DNA of 64,000 nucleotides from an uncultured Acidobacteriota bacterium (GTDB lineage: Bacteria > Acidobacteriota > Thermoanaerobaculia > Gp7-AA8), in NCBI GenBank assembly GCA_963822445.1, contig CAWGHO010000001.1, positions 1,024,001 to 1,088,000 on the forward strand, read 5' to 3'. The position numbers were made by a program, and so were the translations under genes. Of the stretch, positions 40,202 to 49,417 are shown piece by piece (position 1 is the first letter of the stretch; each line of letters starts with the position of its first letter). Below the pieces are notes generated by a model that was not told the origin of the DNA, made no database searches, and worked only from the letters and a program-made list of their open reading frames with translations.

Positions 40202-40727
40202 TCACTCGGAACGGACGTACTCGAAGCGGGCGTTTTTCTGCGCGAAAACAGCCTTCTGCCCCTGTCGCGCCAGCCACCTGGTCGGCGCGTCGCTGGAACT
40301 GGCCATGACCTCGCCCCGAAACGTGAGCAGGTAACGGCCATCCTCGATGAAGACTTCTGCGACGGGCACCGCGGATTCCTGGAACTCGACGGTCGCCGGA
40401 CGCACGACGTCGATCGTTCCGAAGTCCAGAACCGGCCCCGGCGCGAGCTCGAGTGCAACGATCCCCCAGCTGTCCTCCGATCCGTAATCGGCGAGCATCA
40501 GCAGCCAGCCGTCACCGGCGAAGAAAGCCGGATCGAGAAAGTCGGCGTCGAGCATTACCGGGGATCGCCCAGACGCTGAAAACATCGGCGTCCACCCCGT
40601 CCGGAAGGATTGCTTGATCGTCTCCCCGACAGCGATTTCAGGCGACGCGCCGGAGTGGGATTCGCCCCGCAACACTGGCGCACGCCGTCGCGAGCGCCAG
40701 TGCGAGGAGATAGCGGCCGCGTTTCAC
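40202..40727 (-). CDS. Hypothetical lipoprotein with an apparent +1 frameshift near 40670
   Basis: GTG start overlaps the peroxiredoxin stop. The LALATAC lipobox frame joins the 157-aa ORF if one G is removed from a G-run. Confidence 0.5.
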
Positions 40728-41161
40728 AGATTCCGCAGCTGCCAGCCGGGATAGGTCGCCGGTTCCACCTTCGGATGGGCCTGGGCGATCTTTCCTTCTT
40801 CGTCGATCACGTACGCGATCCGCCGGGCGTACTCGTCTTTCGGTGAATCGCACGCGCCGTAGGCCAGGCCGATCTTCCGCTCGGTGTCACAGAGCAGCGG
40901 GAACGGGAAGTCGAACTTTTCGGCGAAGGCCTTGTTCTCTTTCGGCGTGTCGAAACTCGCGCCGAGGATCATGGCGTTCTTCGCTTCGTACTCCGGCATG
41001 AGGTCCCGGAACCCGGAACCTTCTTTCGTTCAACCGGGTGTGTCGGCCTTCGGATAAAACCAGAGGACGACTTTCTTTCCGCGCAGATCGGAAAGACGGA
41101 AGCGGTTGCCGTTGTGATCGACCACGTCGAAATCAGGAGCTTCCTCGCCAGGCTGAAGCAT
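40724..41161 (-). CDS. bcp: BCP/PrxQ-type peroxiredoxin, predicted selenoprotein (UGA at codon 44)
   Basis: GAGGAGG RBS; APDF..LSDLRGKKVVLWFYPKADTPG-TGA-TKEGSGFRD continues in frame to FPFPLLCD..ARRIAYVID. Confidence 0.88.
41001..41021 (-). promoter_or_regulatory. Bacterial SECIS-like hairpin
   Basis: AGGTTCCGG-GTT-CCGGGACCT on the minus strand; G-starting loop 17 nt after the UGA. Confidence 0.65.
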
Positions 41162-41202
41162 CTTCGCCCCTCCTCGGAAGATCATTTGCAGGATGCCGCG
41201 CA

Positions 41203-41709
41203 ATGACACGCTCGCCATTAGACGACTGGAACCTCCGCTACCGCAACCACGAAGCCTTTGATGACGCGCCGGCGCGGCTGCTGGTGGAGGCGACGAGCTC
41301 GCTCGAGCCCGGTAGCGCGCTCGATCTCGCCTGCGGCGCGGGCAGGAACGCGGTCTGGCTCGCGGAGCGGGGCTGGGAGGTGGTGGCGCTGGACGGTGCG
41401 GAAGAAGCGATCCGCCTCGTGCCGAAGGGGATCGACGCCCGAGTCTTCGATCTCGAAACCGGCGCGCCGCTGCCGTTCGCGGACGAGTCGTTCGACCTGG
41501 TGGCCATCCTCTTCTATCTGCATCGACCGCTGTTCGCCGAGGCGAAGCGGGTGTTGCGGAGGGGCGGGATGATCGTGGCCGCGGCACGGACGAGCGGGCG
41601 GTTCGGCGTCGCCCCCGGAGAGCTGCGGACGTTCTTCGAGGAGGATTGCGAGGTGCTGCTCGACCGCGAGGATGGCGTGGCGGAAATCGTCGCGCGACGC
41701 CGCGTATGA
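41203..41709 (+). CDS. Class I SAM-dependent methyltransferase (TehB-like)
   Basis: WNLRY, ALDLACGAGRN and FDLV motifs. Confidence 0.85.
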   Translation: MTRSPLDDWNLRYRNHEAFDDAPARLLVEATSSLEPGSALDLACGAGRNAVWLAERGWEVVALDGAEEAIRLVPKGIDARVFDLETGAPLPFADESFDLVAILFYLHRPLFAEAKRVLRRGGMIVAAARTSGRFGVAPGELRTFFEEDCEVLLDREDGVAEIVARRRV

Positions 41710-41716
41710 TTGCCGC

Positions 41717-44167
41717 TTGCGCACTTTCCTCCTCACAGCTCTGCTCCTCACCGGCTCGGCCTTCGCTCAAAACCCGGCGATCACCGTCACTGTCGACGTG
41801 GCCGCGAATCGCCATTCCATCGATCCGCGCATCTACGGCGCCGCGTGGGCCGACTCGGGCGAGATCGACGAGCTCGGCCTGACCCTGAACCGCTGGGGCG
41901 GCAATGCCATGAGCCGCTACAACTGGGCGTTCAGCACCGCGAACCGCTGCAAGGACTATTACTTCTTCAACATCCCCGACATTTTTGGCGGTGGCGCGAA
42001 CGGAGAGTCTGCCGACGATTTCATCGCGTTCACACGCAACGCGGGCGCTGATCCGGTGATGACCATCCCCATGCTGTCGTTGCTTCCGGAGAGCAACCAG
42101 AAACAGTGCTCGTTTCCCGTGGCGACGTATCCGGGACAGGAAGACCACCACCTCGATCAGATTGATTGCGGCAACGGACGCATGGAGGACGGCAACGGCA
42201 TCGTCGGCGACGGCCCGCGCATCCTCGGCAACCCTGATCCGAGCAACATCAGCATCGCCTATCCCCTCTCCCACCAGGGCGACTGGGTGCAGCACATGAT
42301 CGATGAATTCGGCTCGGCCGCCGCGGGCGGGATGAAGTACTACTCGCTCGACAACGAGCCGGGCCTCTGGAGCTTCGACCACTGGGACGTTCATCCGACC
42401 GGCACGAGCTACGACGAAGTGTGGGAAAAGATGGAGGAGCTCGGGGCGATCATCCGCGCGAAGGACCCCGCGGCGGTAATCACGGGCGGCGAAGAGTGGG
42501 GCTGGTCGGGCTACTTCATGAGCGGTCTGGACATGGAGAACCTCGACGGCGCGGACCGAGCCGCACACGACGACCTCCCCTACTACGACTGGCTGCTGCA
42601 GCAGTTCGCCGATTACGAGGCCGACACCGGCGTGCGCATCCTCGACGTCTGGACGGCGCATTACTACCCGCAGAGCGGTGAGTTCTGGTCGGGCTCGACG
42701 ACGACGGAAATGCAGGAGCTGCGCAACCGCTCCACGCGCTCGCTCTGGGACCCGAACTACGTCGACGAGTCGTGGATCGGCGGCACGGAAGTCGGCGGCG
42801 CGAAGGTCAAACTCATCCCCCGCCTCAAAGACTGGGTGAATAACAACTATCCCGGCACGCAGATCGGCATCACCGAATACAACTGGGGCGACGTCGCCCA
42901 CATCAACGCCGCCACCACCCAGGCCGACATCCTGGGCATCTTCGGCCGTGAAGACCTGGACATGGCCATACGCTGGACTTCGCCGGACGCCGGCTCATTC
43001 GTCGGCAACGCCTTTCGGATGTATCGGAACTACGACGGGAACGACAGCACGTTCGGCGACGTCAGCGTGAGCGCGTCGGTGCCAAATCCCGATGAAGTCT
43101 CCGCGTTTGCCGCCGAACGCACCTCGGACGGCGCGTTGACGATCATGATCATCGAGAAAACGGTCGCCCCGGCGGTTCCGCCACCGGTGACGAGGTCCAT
43201 CACGGTGACTCTCGCCGGATTCACTCCGGCCCGGAACATCGATCGCTGGCAACTGGGATCGTCGAACACGATTACCCAGCTTGCCGACATCCAGCCCGGC
43301 ATCGGCTCGATCGCGCTGACCGTTCCGCTGCAGAGCATCACGCTGCTCGTCGTTCCCGCCGCGACCCCGCCCGACCCGCCGACCATCGGCTCGCCCACGC
43401 CGGGCGACGGCAGCGCTTCCATCGCCTTCACGCCGCCCGCAAACGACGGCGGCTCGAACATCACCAGCTACCTCGCCACCTGCCAGCCCAACGGCGCCAC
43501 CGGCAGCGGCGCGTCGTCGCCGGTTTCCGTCGCCGGGCTAACGAACGGCGTGACCTACTCCTGTTCCGTGCAGGCCATCAACGCCGCGGGAACGAGCGCG
43601 CCGTCGGGCACGGTGAATGTCACCCCCGGCAGTTCCGTTCCGATACTCACCGCAACCGCAACCAGCACCTCGCAGGTATCGCTGTCGTGGACGCCGGTCG
43701 CCGGCGCGATCGAGTACCAGATCCAGCGCAGCGTCAACGACAGCGCGTTCATGTCGCTCGGCGTCGTCGCCGCCACGTCCACCAACGACGGCGGACTCAC
43801 CGCCAACACGACCTATCTCTACAAGGTCCGCCCGGTGGACGGTCCGTTCAGCAACGTCGACGGGGCAACGACCATCGTCTTCACCGACTCCTCCGTCGTC
43901 GCCGGGACAGCCGTCAAAGCGGTGCACTTCACCGAGCTGCGCACCGCCGTGAACGCCATGCGCGCGGCGGCCGGACTTTCGCCGCAGGTCTTCACCGACG
44001 CGACGCTGACAACGATCAAAGCCGTGCATCTGACTGAGCTGCGAACCGCACTCGACGCCGCCCGCGCCGATATCGGCCTGCCCGCGCTCACCTACACCAA
44101 TCCTTCACCGTCGGGAACGACGGTGAAGGCGGTGCATGTGAATGAATTGCGGAGCGGCGTGAACTAG
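41717..44167 (+). CDS. Secreted GH44-like endoglucanase with FN3 domains and C-terminal repeats
   Basis: RWGGN..RYNW, LDNEP..W..H.DVHP and ITEYNWG motifs; FN3-like segments; three KAVH.ELR repeats. TTG start inferred. Confidence 0.85.
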   Translation: MRTFLLTALLLTGSAFAQNPAITVTVDVAANRHSIDPRIYGAAWADSGEIDELGLTLNRWGGNAMSRYNWAFSTANRCKDYYFFNIPDIFGGGANGESADDFIAFTRNAGADPVMTIPMLSLLPESNQKQCSFPVATYPGQEDHHLDQIDCGNGRMEDGNGIVGDGPRILGNPDPSNISIAYPLSHQGDWVQHMIDEFGSAAAGGMKYYSLDNEPGLWSFDHWDVHPTGTSYDEVWEKMEELGAIIRAKDPAAVITGGEEWGWSGYFMSGLDMENLDGADRAAHDDLPYYDWLLQQFADYEADTGVRILDVWTAHYYPQSGEFWSGSTTTEMQELRNRSTRSLWDPNYVDESWIGGTEVGGAKVKLIPRLKDWVNNNYPGTQIGITEYNWGDVAHINAATTQADILGIFGREDLDMAIRWTSPDAGSFVGNAFRMYRNYDGNDSTFGDVSVSASVPNPDEVSAFAAERTSDGALTIMIIEKTVAPAVPPPVTRSITVTLAGFTPARNIDRWQLGSSNTITQLADIQPGIGSIALTVPLQSITLLVVPAATPPDPPTIGSPTPGDGSASIAFTPPANDGGSNITSYLATCQPNGATGSGASSPVSVAGLTNGVTYSCSVQAINAAGTSAPSGTVNVTPGSSVPILTATATSTSQVSLSWTPVAGAIEYQIQRSVNDSAFMSLGVVAATSTNDGGLTANTTYLYKVRPVDGPFSNVDGATTIVFTDSSVVAGTAVKAVHFTELRTAVNAMRAAAGLSPQVFTDATLTTIKAVHLTELRTALDAARADIGLPALTYTNPSPSGTTVKAVHVNELRSGVN

Positions 44168-46911
44168 TCGGGCACCGTCTCCAGGTCCCCGGCCACGATC
44201 ACGTGCAGCCGATCCGGGAAGAAGTGAAGCTTCATCGCCTGATTGGCCTGCTCTTTCGTGACCGCGCGCATGCGCGACGGATATTCGTCGAGGTACTTCG
44301 GACCGAAGCCGAATTTCTCGGCGGTCACCAGTGCGGAAGCGATCCCGGCGTTCGATCCGAGACCGACCTGGTAGTTGCCGGCGAAGAAGCTCTTCTGCGA
44401 TTCCACTTCCTCGTCGGTCAGCCCTTCGCGCGCGAACTTCTCGATCTCCTCGCGCGTCGACTTCATCGCCTTGGCCAGGTTCTGCGGGGCAACGTTGACG
44501 TTGACGTACCACATCCCGTCGACCTCGTCGCTGTATCCGAACCGCGACGCGAGGCTGTACGACAGCCCTTCGGTATCGCGCACGCGGCGGCCGATGCGCG
44601 ATGAAAGGGCGTTCTGTCCAAGAGCGGCGTTGGCGATGAGCGCGGCCTCGTAATCGGGATCGTTGCGACGCAGACCGCTGGCCGAGCCCATGATGATGTT
44701 CATGTTGGCCTTGCCGCGCATCGTGACCGCTTCCCGAACGGGCTTCTCGCCGGCGTTCGTGCGAGCGAGCTTCGCCAGCGAGAAACGCTCGCCGCGAGGG
44801 ATGTCGCCGAGATGCTTCTCGACGAGGGCGATGGTCTTCGCGGCATCGACGTCGCCGACGATGGCCAGGATCAACCCCGCGCCGGTGAAGCGAGCCGCAT
44901 GAAACGCGCGGAGATCCGCTTCCGTCGCCGCATTCACACTGGCCAACATTTTTTCGCGGCCTGACGAGCGATACGGATGCCCGTCGGCGTAGACGACCTG
45001 CGTGAGCCGCTCCATGCCGCGCGAGGAGGTGGCGTCGTCGAGCCGGAGAATGTTCGTCTCCAGCTCCTTCTTCGCCTTGGCCAGCTCCTCGGCATCGAAC
45101 GCGGGGTTCTTCAGCTCATCGGCGAGGACGTCGACGAGCAGTGGAAGATCGCGAGAGAGGCCGTTGAGGTTGATCGAGGTCTCGGTCAAGGCGGCGAAGT
45201 ACGAGCGCGTCGCACCGGCGTTGTCGAGCAGCGCGCCGATCTGCTCCTTCGTGCGCGATTTCGTGCCCCGCTGCAGCATCGCCGTGGTCAACGCGGCAAC
45301 GGCAGGCTTGCCCGCGGGGGCCGCGGTCTCACCGGCGAAGGCGATGCCGCGAATGGCGACGGTAGGAACGGAGCGGTTCTCGACGACGTCGAGGATGATG
45401 CCGTTTTTGAGGACCTTGCGGGTCGTGCGCTCGGCGAAGGTGGTTTTCGTACGGCGCGCGTCCCGCGCGCTCGCGGCGGGCATCTTGCCCGTCGCTTTCT
45501 CCGGTTCCCGCGGAGCGGCACGCTCCGCGGTGGCGGGCGGGACGCCCGCCGTACGGGCCGCCGCCCCAGCCACGAACCACCCCACCGTCGCATGCTCCGG
45601 CACGAGATACGCCGCGGCCACGCGCTTCACATCGGCCGCTGTCACGGCCTTGATGTTGTCGACGTAGGTGAGGAACCACTTCCAGTCCGTCGAGGCGACG
45701 GCTTCGCCGAGGTTCGAGGCGAAGTTGTAGGTGCCGTCGCGGCTGCGCACGATCGCCACTTCGATCTGCTGCTGCGCGCGCTTCACTTCCTCATCGGTTA
45801 CGCCCTTCGCGACCACTTCCGCCAGCGCGGCCTTGATCGCGTCCTCGACTTCCTGATGTTTCCTGCCCGGCGCTACCGTCGCGTCGACGAGCAGCGGATA
45901 GGGATCGCGCAACGTGAAGTTGTTCGAGTTGACGTTCGTCGCCAGCCCCGTCTCGACGAGCGAGCGATGCAGACGCGAGTTCACGCCTTCCGCGAGCAGC
46001 ACGCTCAACACTTCGAGCGGCATGAAGTCGGGATGCGTTCCGCCCGGACGAATGTAGCCGACCATCACCATCCCCACGGTGCCCGGCCGCTGCACGAGCG
46101 TGCGCCGCTCCCCTTCCTGCGGCGGCTCGGCAGTGATGACCTGCGGAATCGGCGTCGATGATTTCTTGAACGCGCCGAACTCGCGATCGAACAGCGCCAG
46201 CGCCTTCTCCGAGTCGAAATCGCCGACCAGGATGGCCTCGGCATTGTTCGGGTGGAAGAAGGCCTTGTAGTGGTCGCGCAGTTTCTCGGTGGTCACCCCT
46301 TCGATGTCGGAGCGATAGCCGATCGTCGACCAGTGATAGGGATGGGCCTGAATGGCCGTGGCTACCGTGGCCTTGAACAGCGCCTGCCAGGGATTGTTCT
46401 CGCCGATCTCGAACTCATTGCGAACGACGGACATCTCCGACTGCCGCTCGCTGTCGAGAATGAGCGCGCGGCCGAGGCGGTCGGCCTCGATCTTCATCGC
46501 CAGCTCGAGCTTGTCCGTGGGCAGCGTCGAGTAGCCGTTCATCCGGTCGTACCACGTGGTCATGTTCGTCGACGAGAAGTCGGCGCCGGCCTCGTAGAGC
46601 ACTTCCTGGAAGGTCTTGTGCCCCTTGGCTCGGCCGAAGTTCTCCGTCGACTTGTTGAAGATCATGTGCTCGAGCAGATGCGCGGAGCCGGTGTTGCCCG
46701 GCGCCTCGTTCCGCGAGCCGACGTGGTAGACGACCATGAAGGTGAAGACCGGCGAGGTGTGATCGGGGACCAGGAGGATGGTCATCCCGTTCGACTTGAG
46801 CCGGTACTGGGTGATGCCGCGGAACGTTTCGACTTCTTCGACGTTCGGCGGGAGGGCGGCGAAGGAAGAGGTGGCGACGAAAAGCAAAGCGAGAGCGAAG
46901 GCTCGGCGCAT
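44164..46911 (-). CDS. M16 (pitrilysin-like) zinc protease
   Basis: VGSRNE and HLLEH (HxxEH) motifs, duplicated M16 architecture, signal peptide. Confidence 0.92.
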   Translation of the reverse strand: MRRAFALALLFVATSSFAALPPNVEEVETFRGITQYRLKSNGMTILLVPDHTSPVFTFMVVYHVGSRNEAPGNTGSAHLLEHMIFNKSTENFGRAKGHKTFQEVLYEAGADFSSTNMTTWYDRMNGYSTLPTDKLELAMKIEADRLGRALILDSERQSEMSVVRNEFEIGENNPWQALFKATVATAIQAHPYHWSTIGYRSDIEGVTTEKLRDHYKAFFHPNNAEAILVGDFDSEKALALFDREFGAFKKSSTPIPQVITAEPPQEGERRTLVQRPGTVGMVMVGYIRPGGTHPDFMPLEVLSVLLAEGVNSRLHRSLVETGLATNVNSNNFTLRDPYPLLVDATVAPGRKHQEVEDAIKAALAEVVAKGVTDEEVKRAQQQIEVAIVRSRDGTYNFASNLGEAVASTDWKWFLTYVDNIKAVTAADVKRVAAAYLVPEHATVGWFVAGAAARTAGVPPATAERAAPREPEKATGKMPAASARDARRTKTTFAERTTRKVLKNGIILDVVENRSVPTVAIRGIAFAGETAAPAGKPAVAALTTAMLQRGTKSRTKEQIGALLDNAGATRSYFAALTETSINLNGLSRDLPLLVDVLADELKNPAFDAEELAKAKKELETNILRLDDATSSRGMERLTQVVYADGHPYRSSGREKMLASVNAATEADLRAFHAARFTGAGLILAIVGDVDAAKTIALVEKHLGDIPRGERFSLAKLARTNAGEKPVREAVTMRGKANMNIIMGSASGLRRNDPDYEAALIANAALGQNALSSRIGRRVRDTEGLSYSLASRFGYSDEVDGMWYVNVNVAPQNLAKAMKSTREEIEKFAREGLTDEEVESQKSFFAGNYQVGLGSNAGIASALVTAEKFGFGPKYLDEYPSRMRAVTKEQANQAMKLHFFPDRLHVIVAGDLETVPD
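45448..45555. repeat. GTAC-type REP-like element inside the M16 CDS
   Basis: CGTACGGC...GCCGTACG ends; 23 nt identical to 48481-48503; 108 nt long. Confidence 0.8.
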
Positions 46912-46925
46912 GGGGCTCCTTTTGA

Positions 46926-47032
46926 AATGCAGAATGCAGAATGCAGAATGCAGAAAGAAGAAAGCGTGAGAGTTACAGTCCTCTAAATTCTCGCTTCATC
47001 TTTTCTGCATTCTGCATTCTGCATTCTGCATT
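46926..47032. repeat. Inverted pair of 7-mer tandem repeats (AATGCAG/CTGCATT)
   Basis: Four units on each arm. Confidence 0.85.
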
Positions 47033-47047
47033 CGCGCGCCAGCGCGC

Positions 47048-47491
47048 TCACTTCATCCACTCGAAGACCTGATAGTGCTCGCCGTTCATACCGAGACGGG
47101 TGTAGACCTTCTGGGCCGGCGTGTTCCGCTTGTCGACGTACAGGCGGATGCCGCGCACCGTCGACTGTTCGACCATCGATTTCACGTGGTCGTACAGACC
47201 AGCGTAAACGCCGCGGCGGCGAAATTCGGGGATCACGTACACGCTCTGAATCCACCAGACCATGCCGTTGCGCCAGTCGCTCCATTCGTAGGTGATCATC
47301 AATGAAGCGATGACGCGGCCGTCACTTTCGGCGATGTAGTAGCGGCCGAGGGCGGGGTCGGCGAAGACGGCGTTGACACCGCGGGTGAGGACGTCGCGAT
47401 CGAGCTCGAGGTCCTCGGTCTCGCGGGCCATGGCCAGCTGGAAGTCGATGATCGCGCTTGCGTCGGCGGGAAGGGCTTCGCGATAGTGCAC
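47048..47491 (-). CDS. GNAT N-acetyltransferase
   Basis: EWSDWRNG, SVYV..FRRRGV and N..AQKVY..LG motifs. Confidence 0.88.
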   Translation of the reverse strand: MHYREALPADASAIIDFQLAMARETEDLELDRDVLTRGVNAVFADPALGRYYIAESDGRVIASLMITYEWSDWRNGMVWWIQSVYVIPEFRRRGVYAGLYDHVKSMVEQSTVRGIRLYVDKRNTPAQKVYTRLGMNGEHYQVFEWMK

Positions 47492-47494
47492 GGC

Positions 47495-48403
47495 GTGACA
47501 TTACCAAACGCCACGCGCCGGGCCGTCCTGCTGATGGTCGCCTCGGCGTTTTTCTTCGGGGTGATGGCCTTCGCGGCCAAGCTGGCGTCGACCCGACTGT
47601 CGGGGTCGGAGGTGGCGTTCATCCGCTTCGCGACGGGACTTCTTCCGGTGATGCTCGTTCCGCGCTGGCGGCGCAGCGCGCTCACCTTTCAACGCCTCGA
47701 TCTCTTGTTTTATCGGGGATTCTTCGGCGGACTGGCGGTGCTCTGCTACTTCATCGCCATCGAGCACATCAACGTCGGCGTGGCCACGCTGCTCAATTAC
47801 ACGGCGCCGGTTTTCTCGGGCCTGTTCTCGATGTACTTTCTGCGCGAGCACATCAGCCCGAAGGTCTTGCTGCCGACGCCGATCGCGCTCCTCGGCGTCT
47901 TTCTCGTGGTCGGCGCGCACGCAGCGCCCGGCGAGCTGCTCGGGTTCGCACGCTGGGAGTTGATCGGCCTGGCATCGGCGCTTTTTTCCGGCGCCGCGGT
48001 GACAGCCATGCGCGCGGCGCGGCAGGGCGAAAATTCGTGGGCGGTCTACACGAGCTTCTGCCTTCTGGGCACGCTGCTCACGGCGCCGTTCGCGATCACG
48101 ACCTGGAAGAATCCGACGCTGCACGAGTGGCAATCGCTCGCGGCGACGTCGATCTTCGCGATTGCCGCGCAGCTCCTGCTCACCTTCAGCCTGCGCTGGG
48201 TCGATGCGATGACCGTCGGCGTGATCTCCCAGCTGGCCGTGGTCGTGGCGATGATCATGGGCGTGACGCTGCTCGACGAGAGCATTTCCGCGATGGCCGT
48301 CACGGGCGCCGCGCTCACCATCGGCGGCGTGGTCGGCGTCGTCTACGTGACGTCGTGGACGAAGCGGACGGTCGCCGCCGTGGAAGTCGCGCCGGAATCG
48401 TGA
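47495..48403 (+). CDS. DMT/EamA family transporter
   Basis: About 10 TM; EVAFIRF, LNYTAPVF and LREHI motifs. Confidence 0.87.
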   Translation: MTLPNATRRAVLLMVASAFFFGVMAFAAKLASTRLSGSEVAFIRFATGLLPVMLVPRWRRSALTFQRLDLLFYRGFFGGLAVLCYFIAIEHINVGVATLLNYTAPVFSGLFSMYFLREHISPKVLLPTPIALLGVFLVVGAHAAPGELLGFARWELIGLASALFSGAAVTAMRAARQGENSWAVYTSFCLLGTLLTAPFAITTWKNPTLHEWQSLAATSIFAIAAQLLLTFSLRWVDAMTVGVISQLAVVVAMIMGVTLLDESISAMAVTGAALTIGGVVGVVYVTSWTKRTVAAVEVAPES

Positions 48404-48503
48404 GTACGGCGGGCGTCTCGCCCGCTATCCGCCGCGCATCCTGCGCGGCGGTTCAGGGCCGGGCAGGATGCCCGGCCCTAGGCGGGCGGGACGCCCGCCG
48501 TAC
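48404..48503. repeat. GTAC-type REP-like element
   Basis: GTACGGCGGGCGTCTCGCCCGC ... GCGGGCGGGACGCCCGCCGTAC, intergenic. Confidence 0.82.
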
Positions 48504-48510
48504 AGCGACC

Positions 48511-48831
48511 CTACTGCTTGTTGAGGTGCCGCGAGATGTACGCGGTCATCTCGAACATCGACAGCGAGGTGTTGCCGTCGAAGACCGGCAGCAGATTCTC
48601 ATCCGCGCGGATGCGCCGCTTGTTTTCCGGATCCTGCAGGTCGTGCTTCTTGATGTACTCCCAGACCCGCTTCATCGCGTCGCCGCGCGAGAGCGGCTTC
48701 GACCCGACGATGTGCGCGAGCTCGGGCGTCGGCGTGACCAGCGCCGCCAGCGCTCCGCGGGCGGTGTTGCCCGACGCTTGTGGTGACTTGATTGCGCGTT
48801 GCTTACTTTCTTTTTTCCCTTTGATCGGCAT
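48511..48831 (-). CDS. SWIB/MDM2 domain protein
   Basis: ELAHIVG..LSR..VWEYIKKHDLQD..SMFEM. Confidence 0.88.
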   Translation of the reverse strand: MPIKGKKESKQRAIKSPQASGNTARGALAALVTPTPELAHIVGSKPLSRGDAMKRVWEYIKKHDLQDPENKRRIRADENLLPVFDGNTSLSMFEMTAYISRHLNKQ

Positions 48832-48844
48832 GGGCGGAAGTTGC

Positions 48845-48861
48845 TGCAGCAGGCGGGCCAA
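48845..48861 (-). promoter_or_regulatory. sigma54-type promoter candidate
   Basis: Minus strand TTGGCCCGCCTGCTGCA = GG-N10-GC. Confidence 0.55.
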
Positions 48862-48875
48862 GAGAGAATCCGGTC

Positions 48876-49341
48876 ATGCCCTCCAGAACCTTCAAAGCCA
48901 CCATCGTTCGCGACGGGTCGATGTGCTTCATCGCCGGTTCCCTTCGATCCTAAGGAGGTCTTCGGCAAGGTTCGCGCGCCGGTGAAAGTAACGCTGAACG
49001 GCTACACCTATCGGAGCACGATCGCGGCGATGGGCGGGTTTTGCATTCCGTTGCGCAAGAGCAACCGGGAGGCGGCCGGGCTCGAGGGCGGTGAGACGCT
49101 CGACGTGCGGCTGGATCTCGACACGGAGAAGCGAGAGGTCGCGGTCCCGAAAGACTTCGAGAAGGCGCTTCGTGCCGCGCCGCCGGCGTGGGAACGATGG
49201 GAAGAGCTGAGCTTCAGCCATCAGCGCGAGTACGTCGAGGCGGTGGAGGGAGCGAAGAAGGCGGAGACGCGCGACCGGCGGATCGCGGCCGCGGTGGAGG
49301 CGATAGGCTCAAAGGCTCAGAGGCGCAAAGGCTCAAAGTAA
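48876..49341 (+). CDS. DUF1905 plus OmdA/YdeI-associated protein, +1 frameshift near 48933
   Basis: MPSRTFKATIVRDGSMCFI joins PVPFDPKEVFG..LSFSHQREY..AKKAETRDRRI if one G is removed. Confidence 0.75.
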
Positions 49342-49381
49342 CCTGACCCTTTGCGCCCTTGAGCCTTTGCGCCTTTGCGCC
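49307..49381. repeat. Inverted pair of 8-mer tandem repeats (AAAGGCTC/GCGCCTTT-like)
   Basis: Overlaps the 3' end of the upstream gene. Confidence 0.7.
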
Positions 49382-49417
49382 TACTAACCTTCTCCGCCGG
49401 GCACCGTATGACGATTC

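Noticed and set aside
41030-42901. 623-aa ORF as one protein
   Set aside because: Only the last 43 codons are real (the peroxiredoxin N-terminus); the rest is antisense to GH44 and the methyltransferase.
46926-47032. Short tandem repeats as a CRISPR array
   Set aside because: Units are 7-8 nt with no unique spacers, and there are no cas genes.
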